Assembly: GCA_040285825.1 (NCBI GenBank)
Contig: JAUPSS010000004.1
Coordinates: 124,001-188,000, forward strand
Source: Eukaryota sp. TZLM1-RC
Lineage: Eukaryota; Protista; Metamonada: BaSk clade
Reading direction: 5' to 3'
DNA: 64,000 nt
In this document: piece after piece, positions 25,101 to 35,349 of the stretch
Layout: the number at the start of each line of letters is the position of its first letter
Numbering within the stretch: position 1 is the first letter of the stretch
The notes under the pieces: model-generated
Database searches by the model: none
The model's input: only the letters and a program-made list of their open reading frames with translations
What the model was told of the DNA's origin: nothing
Position numbers and translations under genes: made by a program

Positions 25101-28100
25101 TAGAGTTCTGGGAAGGTCTATTAATAATCCTACAGAAGCATATTCTCCTGGCAAAGTTACTGGGTTTGGTAACAATGTTGATAGTATTGGGGGTGGTTTA
25201 GATGAAGCTTTTGTTTTATTATCAAATGGGGTTTTGTTTAGGTTTAGTCAGTTCAGTGATTTAATTCCTTTCAAAGGTAGTGTTCTTACTTCAATTTATT
25301 GCGGATTTTACCATGGTTTTGGTCATTCTCATTCACTTCCTTCTATTTCAGCATATGGTGACGATTCGTCTGTTAGAGTTGATGGAATTCTGGAAAATCA
25401 CTCTTTGGGAACAATTTCTATTACTCCACCTCTATTTGTTGACCAGAATGCACAAGTGTCAGCTGTCAATGGTGGAATCAAGTTTGATGGCATTGTACAA
25501 AATTCTGGAATAATTAATTCATTTGAAAATGTTGAGTTAATTTTTACTTTTGTTTTGAATTTGGAAGCAGGGCATGTTATTTCGTATTCACCAATTCTGA
25601 ATTACTTTGGAGTTGTGTTTTCTGGCTCTGGTTTGATTGATGCTGATATTCTACATTATGGCGAATTGTATTCAACAGGGTATATGGAAATGTCCAAAGA
25701 TGTCATTTCATTTGATTATTCAATAATTAAATTTGAATCTTTTTCTGAACCTCCCCCATCACTTTTTGTAAAAGGAAAAGCCATTTTACATTATGTTGAT
25801 ATTCAATCTGAAGATTTGGTCGGAAATTTTACCGCTGTTGATCTTGATTTAATTGGTGATGTTTACCTCAGCTCAATTTGGCTAAGTATTGTTGGTAATG
25901 GTAAACTTTTGTCTGGAAATTTACATTTAACTAATTCAAAAGTAATTATTGAAGATTCTGGCAGTGTCAGTGTTGACTCAATTCTTAATCCCGTTCTTAT
26001 GGCTTGGGGAGATGGTGGTAATGGTAAAACTGGAACGGGTACTTTTGTAAACCACGAACCTTTACCAGTTATTGTTGATGAAGTTTTCGATAGCATTGTA
26101 GGAGCAGACTTTCATTCCTTGGGTCTCACTAGTGAAGGGTTTGTTTTTAGTTGGGGTTCTGGATCCAATGGTCAATTAGGCTTTGGAGATTACCAACCCC
26201 GTTTTTTCCCAACACAGATTCCTTCATTACAAAACGTTGTGCAAATATCTGCAGGAATTTTGTTTTCCCTTGCAAGAACAGCAGAAGGTGATGTTTATTC
26301 ATGGGGGTTTGGACTTTTCGGTAGACTTGGTCATGGTGATTCAGAACCTAGATTATCACCAACCAAAATTGATAGTTTGTCTGGTGTAAATTACATTTCT
26401 GCTGGTGATTCACATGCTATTTCTATTGTATATGATGGTATTGTTTACTCTTGGGGGTATAACCATTATGGTCAATTGGGTTTTGAATCTGATTCTTCTG
26501 AGGAAGACACTCCTCGTGTAGCTTCATTTGATACAACTCCTGTCAAAAAAGTAATAGGATGTCCCTTTTTCTCTTTATTTATCACTGAGGAAGATCAACT
26601 TTTCGCCAGTGGTTCAAATGATCAAGGGCAACTCTGTGTGGGTGATACTAATAACAGATTTTCCCCTACTCCCATTAATAGTGTTTCTTCTTTTAACGTT
26701 GTTTCCGCTGCTTGTGGTTCTGGTTATACCATTTTTGTTAACGATGTTGGCGAAGTCTTTAGTTGTGGTAGAGTTCTGGGAAGGTCTATTTATAATCCTA
26801 CAGAAGCATATTCTCCTGGCAAAGTCACTGGGTTTGGTAACAATGTTGATAGTATTGGGGGTGGTTTAGATGAAGCTTTTGTTTTATTATCAAATGGGGT
26901 TTTGTTTAGGTTTACTGAGTTTAGTGGGGTAAGTTCTTTTGACGTACCCCCTGTTGGTCAAATTTTCACTGGAGATTCTTTCCTTTTTGGCATTTTTCTC
27001 AACATGCCTTCATTCCATGGTGACCAAGCTTCTTTATTACAAGTTTCGGGTTCACTTCAGGGTCTTGCTTCGTCTACTTTTTCTTTTCATGTTGCAGTAG
27101 ATGTTTCTGGAATTCTGTTATCAGCTTCTCATGATTTAATGTTCCATGAAAATTTAATTATTTCAGGATCTGTCGATTGTATTACTGATTGTAAAATTAA
27201 TCTCTTTCGTCAATGTTCACTTGTGGGTGGTGAAATTGCAGCCACTCAAGTGGTAATCAATTCTTATAGTAGAGTTTTGGGCTTTGGGTTCATCAATTCA
27301 GATGTAATTAATAATGGAATTATTGAACCAACTGAAGTTATAGAAATTGCTAACACTTTAACTTTACCTCATACTTCCATAGTTATACTAAACAACAAGT
27401 ACGGTAATGATGCTCAACTTTTGGTTGGGGGTACCCTATTCCTTGATGGTTTATTAGTTGTTGATTTTTCCCATCAATTGTTATCCAAAGGTTCTGTTTT
27501 TGCTTTACTTTTGTTTAGCAATTCAGTTGGTGATTTCAACTCTGTTGATCTTAGTTGTTCATCCTACTTTTTATTTAATCTTGGTGAAGATTTGTTAGAA
27601 TTAACAGTTTCAGAAGACATTGTATCTGATCTGAACCAAATTTCTTTCATATCTCCTTATGGAGCTAATGACGATTGCTGTGGTACTTTTCTATTGCCTT
27701 GTCTCAGTTTAAGTAGAATCCAATCAAGAATGGGTAGCCGCGGCACTGTTCATTTCTTTGAAGGTCGCTATTCTGAGCTGAACTTTGATGTTCCTCTCAA
27801 CGCAGTAGATTACCGTTTGGAACCTATTAATTCTGGTAATGAATTTCAGTTCACATCCCCAATTAAAACCCAAATGTCCTTTGTAATCTTTGATCAATTC
27901 AATATTCACTTTGAGGAAACAGAATTTCTTCACACAACTAGTTCTGTTGTTGAACTAGATAATGTGGTATTCACTGGTCACGTCACTGATTTCATTATCA
28001 GTGTCAGGTCTACTATCCGTATTTATGGAATCAATAGTTTTGTTGAAAGTCCAAATACTGCACTTTTTGATCTTGATTTGAGTACTTTATTGCTCAACAA

Positions 28101-31100
28101 TGCGTTGTTCATTAACAATTCATCATCAGTTATTGCAATTGAATCAACCTTGGATCTCAGTAATGTCGTATTTCAAGATCAACTTATTCAACATTATATA
28201 ATTAATATAGAATCTTCTCATTTGGATATGTTTAATGTGAGCTTCTCTGACATTGTAACCACTGGCTTTGACTCAGATTTTACCAAACTTTTGTCCGCCA
28301 AGACCTCCGATTTAACATTGAATTTGGTCACTTTGGATGGTGTTTTTGGTGGATTTTTTGATAGTATCGATAGTAAATGGGATTTGGATTCGGTTCAAAT
28401 TACCAATTCTGAAGCTTTGACTTTCATCAATAGTTTTTTTTCCAACATTGAACTTAAAAATGTTCAATTTAACTATTCTTTCGGCCAATTATTAATAGCT
28501 TCTGATAATTCAACAGTTTCTTCACTGTATTTGGTGGTTGAAAATTTGAATGTTTATGACTCTGTTTTTCAAATATTCGGGTCCTCCTTTAAGTCAGAGT
28601 TTCTCTCTATTTCAACTTCTGTTATTTCGTCTTTGTTGTTCTCTGAAAATTCTCTTATTGAATGGTTTAATGCTAATATTACGGATATTTATTTATCTAA
28701 TGGAAACTTGTTTGATTTTAATTCTTCAACTATTGTTTTGTCCAAAGTTATCATGCTTGGTAGAAGTTTTGACACTATTCCCAATGTATTTGATGGCTTT
28801 GTATATGCTTCAGTTATTCATGCAAAATACTCCACGCTTTCTATTAATGAATCCAATTTTATTGGTTTTCTGATCAATGAGAAGTTGCTTACTGAATTGA
28901 AGATGGAACACTCTAATGTTTACTTTTTTAATTCAAGTTCTCCTTTAGCCTTAACAAATCTTTCTATTTCAAATTCCACTATTTCCTTTTACACTGGTTA
29001 CCCTGTTTTGATTCGGTCTTTTATTTCAGATTTGGATAGTTATATTATTGGATCTGATAAGTATTTAAACCTTGACTATCTTGAAGAGGCTCTAGCTCTC
29101 CGAAAGGTCTGTTATTCAACAAAATCTACTTTATTGGAATTTTCTTTTCCCTTCGCTGAATTGATCAATTACTTAGTAACAATTGATGTTTTTCACTCAG
29201 TTAATGTTGAATTTTCTTTAGCAGCAAACATGTTCCATCTTACGCTTCATGACCTTTTTGCATATTCTATTCAAACAAATTTTATCAAAATCCTGTATTC
29301 CTCCCCCATAATACAGTTTTATTTAGACACTAAATTACCACTGTGTGAACCATCTGTTTCTATGATTTCTCCACCAACAAGAGGAGGATTGTTTGGCTTA
29401 AATGGTGAAAATCTGGGTCATCGTTCCTTATTAATTCAAAGTGACACCCTTGACCTGAGAGTGATTGGGGTCCCGGTAAATCATGACTCTGTTATTTTGG
29501 AAATTCCTCCCAGTTCTGGTTGCCACTATCTAAAATTAAGGAGAAGCGTTGATAATTCTACTATTACTGATATCCTTTGCTTTCAGCCCCCAGTTATTCA
29601 TTCTATTTTTCCAAATCCGTACCAACTTCAAAAAGAAATGAATATTAAAGGTGAGAATTTTGTTATTAATCCTGATTTGTTTGAGTTGACCATGGGAAAT
29701 TTACTGTTCAACTATTCTATAATTTATTTAGATTTTGATGAAGTATTTTTAGAAATTACTCAAATATGTGATCTCAACTTAGGGTCTGTTATTGCAAATA
29801 TTTCAATTTCCAATCAAATTTCGAATAATTATGATTTGGAGTTGAAATTTCCTGATCTCACCATTGATCCTCGATTCCTGAGCCCTTTGGATAACCACTT
29901 GTTATTACATGTAAATGGTGCAATTGATCTTAAAATTTTAATGGAATGTTCTCTTTTGGATTTCTACACCAATTTACCAATGAATTGGGAGCTAATTGGG
30001 TCAAATGTTTTTAATATTACTTTTGAAGCAAATGGTTTGGACAGTTTTCAATTCATTTTTCAAATTTCAAACAATTTTCGTCATTTTATTCAGGTCCCAA
30101 TTTATGCATTTTCGGCATTACCTCCTACGTTTCCTTGCTTAAAAGACAAGTTGTGTATAATAACCATTTGTTTAAAATATGACAACACAATAATAACTGA
30201 TTTTGAACCTCGTGGTAATAATTTTATCTTAGTCAAACATTACCATTACATTGACCAAGAGTGCCTGGAATTGGAATTAATCAGTTCTCAAGATGGGAAT
30301 ATTAATGATCTCAAAATGTGCAATAAGTTATTGTGTAATTCAATTGATTCACTTCCAATAATTGCCAACATCAACTCTGTTGCACCCCCAATATTCCAAT
30401 GGCCTTTTAAAGCTTTTACCTCTTCTATTGTTTGTAGTGGTAGTTTTCTTGATTCTTTTGATCAGCACACGTGGAAGTCGTCACTTTTGATGGATGGAAT
30501 GGCAGTTTCCCCTGTTATTAGTTCAGGTAATCTGACTTTACCAGTCTATTTTGATAAAATTTCCAATGCGACTTTGGAATTCTGTGGTTTTGAAGGTTGT
30601 TTTGTCTTAGCTATTATTCAATGTAACGATTTTGTTGTTGTATCCCCTATTTTTTTCCCTTTTTCCACACTTATCATTTACTCTCGATTTTCTTATTCCT
30701 CGTTAGAACTATTTGTTGGGAATTCACCTGTTCCTATCTCTGCTGGTGACAATCTAATACAATTAACAAACCAACCAGTTATTGTTTTAGATAATATAAT
30801 ACGCTCTAACTTGGTGCAATTTAATTCTTTACCTGATTTTATTGGTTTAAATGTTCCCTTCCAGATTGTTGTTGATCTTACACACTCTGACTTTGATGTG
30901 TCCATTTCTTCTGATTCTCATTGTTTTTCCAATTTCAGTTATATTGGTACTGAATTATCTATAAATATCCTTGGAGAAGAAATTGAATTCTGTGTTCTGA
31001 AGTTGAATTTAAATTACAACGAATCAATTTTATCTAAAGATTTAGTTTTCAATATTGTTGATGATCCTAAAATAGAGTTTTTGGGTCCTAATTATTTCAG

Positions 31101-33990
31101 TTTTACTGAGCAGGTTAGTTTTTCTGTTTCATTCAAAGCTAGTTTCAATTGCTTTTCTGATCACGCTTTCTTTGCTAATTCAACCTTATTAGTTCCTACC
31201 ATCACCTCAAATCTTGATGAATCTGATGATCAATGTATTCAGCAATTCCACTTTTCTTTTAATTTCGGTGAATTTGATTTGAAAAATCCTATTAATTATA
31301 TTGAATTTTCCTGGACTTCAATGTTCTTTAGTCCACAATCTGTCGAAATGCTTGAAATATTCAACCTTGAATTCTTTTCTGACTCAACAGTGTCTTTATT
31401 TGAACCCAGAGATGTAACAGTAATGGTCAATACCATTCTTAACCCTCCAATTTCTGGTATTTTAGAGGGAATTAAATACTTTGCTTTTATTGATGGCAGC
31501 TCTTTGTTATTCAATAACCTTACTATTAATCATTACAGAGAATCTTTTAATCTTAGTTTATTTTACATTGATTTGGAAATTGGTTATGTAGAAGTGACTG
31601 CAGAACCATTTTTTGTTGATAATTGTTATGTTGAATATAATCCAATGCTTTTGGATATTTCTGCAGTAAAAATGGATAATAAATTCAAATCCTATTTGTT
31701 TGACAAGAGCAGGTGTTGCTTGGTTGCAAGTGGGGAGTGTTTTGTGGAATATTTCTCTGGTGATACCTTTAATATTGAATTTTCAGAAGATTATTTCATC
31801 ACCTCAATCACAATTAGTACTAATTCCTCTTGTCTGGGTTCTTTAAGCAAGTCTCCTCTAACGATCCGTGATGTACCTGCTGGTTCTTGGAGTTGTGAAT
31901 CTCTTCTTAATGGGTTTGATTATGCAGCAGTTTGTTCTATTAGTATTAAATTAAATGGAGTTCCTGATGTGCAGTTTGATGTTGTTGAGGATTTGTTATT
32001 GTTTGAAATAGAACTTTATGGCTATAAGGGTAGTCAATGTTTATCGCCAATTGATGATTTTCTTGGTGAAACTCCTTATGGTGACTTTGTTGGTATTAAT
32101 GGTACTTATGAATTCCAAGGAACTCAATTTTCAAAATTCGAGTCAATTTATTCCATTATTCAACCAAGTTTGCAGAAACAAACCATTGGTTCTCTACTTC
32201 CAGTTACTTTTTATTTTAAATCCGATAATTGTTATTATCAATCAGCATTGTTTTCACGTGATATAGAGGTGTTAGTGCCAAAATATATTGAACTTGAAAA
32301 CGACCAAATTTTCAAAAATTCCAACAGTTTTACCATTAACTGTAATTGTTTTGATCTCAATGGCTTTAGTGTACATTGTTTCACTAGTGAAGTTGGTATT
32401 TCTGTAGAGCGGTCAAGTTTTGAATATAAAAGTTTGCACTTGATGAACCCTAATTCAATTAAGTTTACGTTCAGTTCCTCTCCAGTAATTGGAAATCATT
32501 CACTAGAGTTAGTCTCAAATGGTGAATTCTTCACCATCAATTTCACCTTTGTTCAGTCACGTACAACTTATCTGATAACTCAATTAGTTGGTTCAGCTCC
32601 GTGTCATCGTAAAAATCTACTAACAAGTAGTTGTAGTGTGGTGGTATTTCAGGTTGACTTAATTATTCAGGACTTTTTCCACAATATTTCTAATTCTTTA
32701 TCTTTGTATGAGTTGGAAATTTCTAGTTTTTCAGTATTTACTGTCCTGAATGCAACTTATATGGAGGTGGAAGGCCTACCCCTGTCCAATGTTGAATTCA
32801 GTTTCCAGTATCAAGACTTTGTTGCGAATTCAATAATAACATTAGATGATTGTGATCCAACTAGAATTAACCTAAATAACGAATGTCATTGTAAGCCAGG
32901 AACAGTTCCTGGTTCTGTAGGGGAATGTGAACCTTGTCCATTGGGTTATTATTTGGATAATCCTTTGTTAGGGGAGTGTATTAATTGTCCTTATGATATG
33001 ACCACCAATTTAGTTGGCTCTGTGAATATTACTGATTGTGTCTGTCCCAAGGAGAAGTTTAATAATGGGAACACTTGTATTAATTGCCCAAAATATAGTA
33101 ATTGTGAATATGGTGAATTAAAAACTGTTTTAAATGGTTATAAGTTTACCCTCGAAACAGGATCAATATCATGTCCCTATAGGTATTCCTGTAGAAATAA
33201 CCAATGTCGATTTAATACAAAAGGAATTGATTGTACTGAGTGTATTGAAGGGACCAAGAGGTTTGGGTTCATTTGCCTTGGTTCTAGACCATTGTTTGTT
33301 GCTATTTTAGTAACAATTGTTCTTTTAATTTCCTTGTTTTTTAGCGAATATTATCTCAACTTTTGTATCAATAGATTTAATTCAGTACTGGAAAGTTTCT
33401 CAATAGCTTCACTTTCTGGTAACATTGCTTATGCTTTGGCTAAATCAAGAGGAACAAGTATTTGTCCTTTGAGAGCTTTAATGGTGGTTTCAATTTTATT
33501 AAATGATAATATTGTTTTAATCACTGTACCCTTTTCTCTCTCGGCTTCTTTTTTTGGACAGAGCTTTGGTTTTGTCTTACTTATTGGGCTAATATTCGGG
33601 CTTTTTTTGATCTGTAAGTACTATTTTTCTCATCAAAATTCATATGGCAGATCTTATTATTCCTCAATTTGTTCTATTTCCGCTCTAACTGGGATTTTAG
33701 GTAAAATTCTTGAAAGATCAATTGATTTTGAGCTGTTCTTCTTAATTGGAGTTTTGCTGATCAATTTTTGGACAATATCTGCCACTAAGATCAAAACCGA
33801 AGAATTCCAAACACTTGTGGTCATCTTTTTCCTTTTATCAATAACTTATCTTCCGTTGTCATTATATTTGGGATTTCAAATTGTAAGCTTTTTGATTCTT
33901 TTCTTTAGTTCTGGCTGGTATAATGCCAGCTTGTCTATTTTTGTTATATTGTTCTGCATCATTAAATTGATGATTCATAATTTAGGATAG
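22177..33990 (+). CDS. Giant (~3940 aa) predicted surface protein: signal peptide, three RCC1/BLIP-II-like propeller blocks, beta-helix-like region, IPT-like segments, Cys-rich repeats, C-terminal multi-TM region
   Basis: Hydrophobic N-terminus (FILLLLLLTLVGG); repeated ISAG..HSL..G.V.SWG.N..GQLG; CEPCPLGYY..C..CP..TT..C.C; several hydrophobic helices at the C-terminus. Confidence 0.9.
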   Translation: MVSCTRSACFILLLLLLTLVGGSDVYLKESLNPDELLTWSSNNIWKPFPPSSESIVYLSGGFSIIVFDEVTIHSLHLDNVTMVVDCSFTILGSTVLKGAVIQSLTKSPEFFTSTNLTLLGTSLLKSLNLSVLHSAELIEGDLNLDNSQLLIAREAVLAVKPIFSLVAWGDGDSGKTGTGIVGVHGMLPIKTEEELTGIAAGQIHSLGFTSEGDVFIWGNNNFNLLGLGRFGHVFTPTKVPDISDVVQVSAGAYFSLARGKYGDVYSWGRGADGRLGHGDDRDQRSPKKIDSLSNVIDISAGRVHGLALLESGEVKVWGYNFFGQLGLGEGSADRVYSPVSNGLSSIRKVLGCHDYSLVIDEFDRLRAAGLNNDGQLCIGNNNDHFTFEYIHSYDTYAVVHASCSVFTIFSTNENAFVCGSVNRGYQIRFDIKNVVKVFAGNDVAYFLTFDGLLFKYDFVDTILTPIDSLLADDLSAGDVHFLGNLSISPSIISNDGNSIVKVDGVFETHFSGIFILNVPLIITSGGKLQSFSGGIYFQKLVENLGSILTFSSLKVSFFANLDLIGGIVYAESPIVLHKTAVLQGFGLINGNFQQYGALLLTGDMDFIQNLEVFDNSIIKFESFSEPPPSLFVKGKAILHYVDIQSEDLVGNFTAVDLDLIGDVYLSSIWLSIVGNGKLLSGNLHLTNSKVIIEDSGSVSVDSILNPVLMAWGDGGNGKTGTGTFVNHEPLPVITEMEFDTLAVGFDHTLALNAHRQLYTWGANSFGQLGVGYSSPSGGINWINTFYQIEQISAGNQFSLARTTLGHVLSWGSGSFGKLGHGSKDDLHEPTIVALSADPSAIDISAGDSHSLVVEAPASAGDSNILWSWGHAATGALGGGYIGVYRSTPGKFYGQFYKQSVKKVIGCPFFSLFITEEDQLFASGSNDQGQLCVGDTNNRFSPTAINSVSSFNVVSAACGSGYTIFVNDFGEVFSCGRVLGRSINNPTEAYSPGKVTGFGNNVDSIGGGLDEAFVLLSNGVLFRFSQFSDLIPFKGSVLTSIYCGFYHGFGHSHSLPSISAYGDDSSVRVDGILENHSLGTISITPPLFVDQNAQVSAVNGGIKFDGIVQNSGIINSFENVELIFTFVLNLEAGHVISYSPILNYFGVVFSGSGLIDADILHYGELYSTGYMEMSKDVISFDYSIIKFESFSEPPPSLFVKGKAILHYVDIQSEDLVGNFTAVDLDLIGDVYLSSIWLSIVGNGKLLSGNLHLTNSKVIIEDSGSVSVDSILNPVLMAWGDGGNGKTGTGTFVNHEPLPVIVDEVFDSIVGADFHSLGLTSEGFVFSWGSGSNGQLGFGDYQPRFFPTQIPSLQNVVQISAGILFSLARTAEGDVYSWGFGLFGRLGHGDSEPRLSPTKIDSLSGVNYISAGDSHAISIVYDGIVYSWGYNHYGQLGFESDSSEEDTPRVASFDTTPVKKVIGCPFFSLFITEEDQLFASGSNDQGQLCVGDTNNRFSPTPINSVSSFNVVSAACGSGYTIFVNDVGEVFSCGRVLGRSIYNPTEAYSPGKVTGFGNNVDSIGGGLDEAFVLLSNGVLFRFTEFSGVSSFDVPPVGQIFTGDSFLFGIFLNMPSFHGDQASLLQVSGSLQGLASSTFSFHVAVDVSGILLSASHDLMFHENLIISGSVDCITDCKINLFRQCSLVGGEIAATQVVINSYSRVLGFGFINSDVINNGIIEPTEVIEIANTLTLPHTSIVILNNKYGNDAQLLVGGTLFLDGLLVVDFSHQLLSKGSVFALLLFSNSVGDFNSVDLSCSSYFLFNLGEDLLELTVSEDIVSDLNQISFISPYGANDDCCGTFLLPCLSLSRIQSRMGSRGTVHFFEGRYSELNFDVPLNAVDYRLEPINSGNEFQFTSPIKTQMSFVIFDQFNIHFEETEFLHTTSSVVELDNVVFTGHVTDFIISVRSTIRIYGINSFVESPNTALFDLDLSTLLLNNALFINNSSSVIAIESTLDLSNVVFQDQLIQHYIINIESSHLDMFNVSFSDIVTTGFDSDFTKLLSAKTSDLTLNLVTLDGVFGGFFDSIDSKWDLDSVQITNSEALTFINSFFSNIELKNVQFNYSFGQLLIASDNSTVSSLYLVVENLNVYDSVFQIFGSSFKSEFLSISTSVISSLLFSENSLIEWFNANITDIYLSNGNLFDFNSSTIVLSKVIMLGRSFDTIPNVFDGFVYASVIHAKYSTLSINESNFIGFLINEKLLTELKMEHSNVYFFNSSSPLALTNLSISNSTISFYTGYPVLIRSFISDLDSYIIGSDKYLNLDYLEEALALRKVCYSTKSTLLEFSFPFAELINYLVTIDVFHSVNVEFSLAANMFHLTLHDLFAYSIQTNFIKILYSSPIIQFYLDTKLPLCEPSVSMISPPTRGGLFGLNGENLGHRSLLIQSDTLDLRVIGVPVNHDSVILEIPPSSGCHYLKLRRSVDNSTITDILCFQPPVIHSIFPNPYQLQKEMNIKGENFVINPDLFELTMGNLLFNYSIIYLDFDEVFLEITQICDLNLGSVIANISISNQISNNYDLELKFPDLTIDPRFLSPLDNHLLLHVNGAIDLKILMECSLLDFYTNLPMNWELIGSNVFNITFEANGLDSFQFIFQISNNFRHFIQVPIYAFSALPPTFPCLKDKLCIITICLKYDNTIITDFEPRGNNFILVKHYHYIDQECLELELISSQDGNINDLKMCNKLLCNSIDSLPIIANINSVAPPIFQWPFKAFTSSIVCSGSFLDSFDQHTWKSSLLMDGMAVSPVISSGNLTLPVYFDKISNATLEFCGFEGCFVLAIIQCNDFVVVSPIFFPFSTLIIYSRFSYSSLELFVGNSPVPISAGDNLIQLTNQPVIVLDNIIRSNLVQFNSLPDFIGLNVPFQIVVDLTHSDFDVSISSDSHCFSNFSYIGTELSINILGEEIEFCVLKLNLNYNESILSKDLVFNIVDDPKIEFLGPNYFSFTEQVSFSVSFKASFNCFSDHAFFANSTLLVPTITSNLDESDDQCIQQFHFSFNFGEFDLKNPINYIEFSWTSMFFSPQSVEMLEIFNLEFFSDSTVSLFEPRDVTVMVNTILNPPISGILEGIKYFAFIDGSSLLFNNLTINHYRESFNLSLFYIDLEIGYVEVTAEPFFVDNCYVEYNPMLLDISAVKMDNKFKSYLFDKSRCCLVASGECFVEYFSGDTFNIEFSEDYFITSITISTNSSCLGSLSKSPLTIRDVPAGSWSCESLLNGFDYAAVCSISIKLNGVPDVQFDVVEDLLLFEIELYGYKGSQCLSPIDDFLGETPYGDFVGINGTYEFQGTQFSKFESIYSIIQPSLQKQTIGSLLPVTFYFKSDNCYYQSALFSRDIEVLVPKYIELENDQIFKNSNSFTINCNCFDLNGFSVHCFTSEVGISVERSSFEYKSLHLMNPNSIKFTFSSSPVIGNHSLELVSNGEFFTINFTFVQSRTTYLITQLVGSAPCHRKNLLTSSCSVVVFQVDLIIQDFFHNISNSLSLYELEISSFSVFTVLNATYMEVEGLPLSNVEFSFQYQDFVANSIITLDDCDPTRINLNNECHCKPGTVPGSVGECEPCPLGYYLDNPLLGECINCPYDMTTNLVGSVNITDCVCPKEKFNNGNTCINCPKYSNCEYGELKTVLNGYKFTLETGSISCPYRYSCRNNQCRFNTKGIDCTECIEGTKRFGFICLGSRPLFVAILVTIVLLISLFFSEYYLNFCINRFNSVLESFSIASLSGNIAYALAKSRGTSICPLRALMVVSILLNDNIVLITVPFSLSASFFGQSFGFVLLIGLIFGLFLICKYYFSHQNSYGRSYYSSICSISALTGILGKILERSIDFELFFLIGVLLINFWTISATKIKTEEFQTLVVIFFLLSITYLPLSLYLGFQIVSFLILFFSSGWYNASLSIFVILFCIIKLMIHNLG
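24020..26914 (+). repeat. Two near-identical intragenic duplications: 24020-24375 = 25718-26073 and 24872-25246 = 26540-26914
   Basis: 356-bp and 375-bp blocks repeated almost exactly at the nucleotide level. Confidence 0.9.
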
Positions 33991-34896
33991 TTCTGCCATT
34001 GCTATTGCAGACTCTTTCATTAATGTTATTAGTTTTTTAGTTTTCATTTTCTTAAATGATATTGAGTGTAGGGTGTCATTTGAGGAGTTTTTTTGTCACT
34101 TGATGTTGCTACCCTCAGCAGTTTTCTTCTTCTATTTCTTTTTAAGTGGAAAGATCACATTTCAAGGTGGTGCATTTCGGAATAAATCTATAGTTTTTTA
34201 CTTTTTTTGTTTGTTTACTTTGAATTAATTAAATATTCCATATTCTAGAGTTATAATTTTCAGATTGTATAAAGACAAAAATACTGGGGGTCACTCCACA
34301 CTTGCCCTCAAAATAGCAACAATTGAAATAATAAAAGAGCCATCGCTATACTGTAACATTTTGTGTGTTAGGATTATTTGTAAGAAAAATATAGTACACT
34401 GTAACAATTTTGATCATCTTAGGATTACAATCTTGGATTTACTTTTATTAATCTTTGGAATAGAAATCACTGATCAAAAACAAATACTTGGAAGCAATGT
34501 ATTTTTTAATATGAAGATAGAAATTTCAAGTGGGTTCCTTGATTAGACAAAAGTGAACACCTTGGCGTTACTCATATGGAAATGAGCTAACTGAATTTTC
34601 TTTTGTAAATAGGGTTAAAATTACTGCTATGATTGAATGGTATAATTGATTTGTGATGACGCATCTATCCCATACTTTTGACCACAAACAGCTTTTTCTC
34701 TTGACGTTCATGGGAATAAAAGTTCACAAATGTTGTTTTATATAGTTTTACGTGACTTTTCGTGTCTTTATTAAAGATGTAACTATAACTGTTTGATCTG
34801 GTAGTCATTCCTTTTCCACGACAAGTCAAGACAACTCACTCGACTTGGAGTTGACTTGAGTCCAATCATTTGACAACACTACAAATTACATCAAAT

Positions 34897-35180
34897 TGAT
34901 GCCGTTAGGTGATGCCGTTAGGCAGAAATACCAAAGAAGTAAAGAGAGAAAAAGAGGTTTATTAATAGAAATACTTGTTTTTGAACAAGTGCCACGTCAT
35001 CATCTAAATTCCTCATCTGTCTAGCAAGTTAGTTAATCAGTAACAACAACATAGGCAGAAATACCAAAGAAGTAAGGAGAGAAAGGAGGGGTTTATTGGT
35101 AATGAAACCCGTTCTTCACCGAGTGCCAAGTCATCACGGGAAATCCTGAGATATGTACTAACCTTATTTATCAGCAACTA
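34897..35180. mobile_element. Solo/tandem LTR-like repeats related to the short-LTR Gypsy family
   Basis: Starts TGATGCCGTTAGG (twice; compare TGATGCCGTAGG at 43326) and reaches CAACA at ~35051. The TAGGCAGAAATACCAAAGAAGTAA..GCCA(C/A)GTCATCA block is repeated at ~34919 and ~35052. Confidence 0.55.
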
Positions 35181-35349
35181 TAACAAAATCAAAGAAAAAT
35201 AAATCTGAAAATAGAGAACTTTCAACATCTGCAAAGTTGACTCGATTCTGATCATCTATCACCACACATTCAGGTTCTGACTCTGATGCCACGGTGATTA
35301 TAGCCTTCAATGCGTTTATTTTAGTGGGATTCTTTCTGTATTGGGGTAT

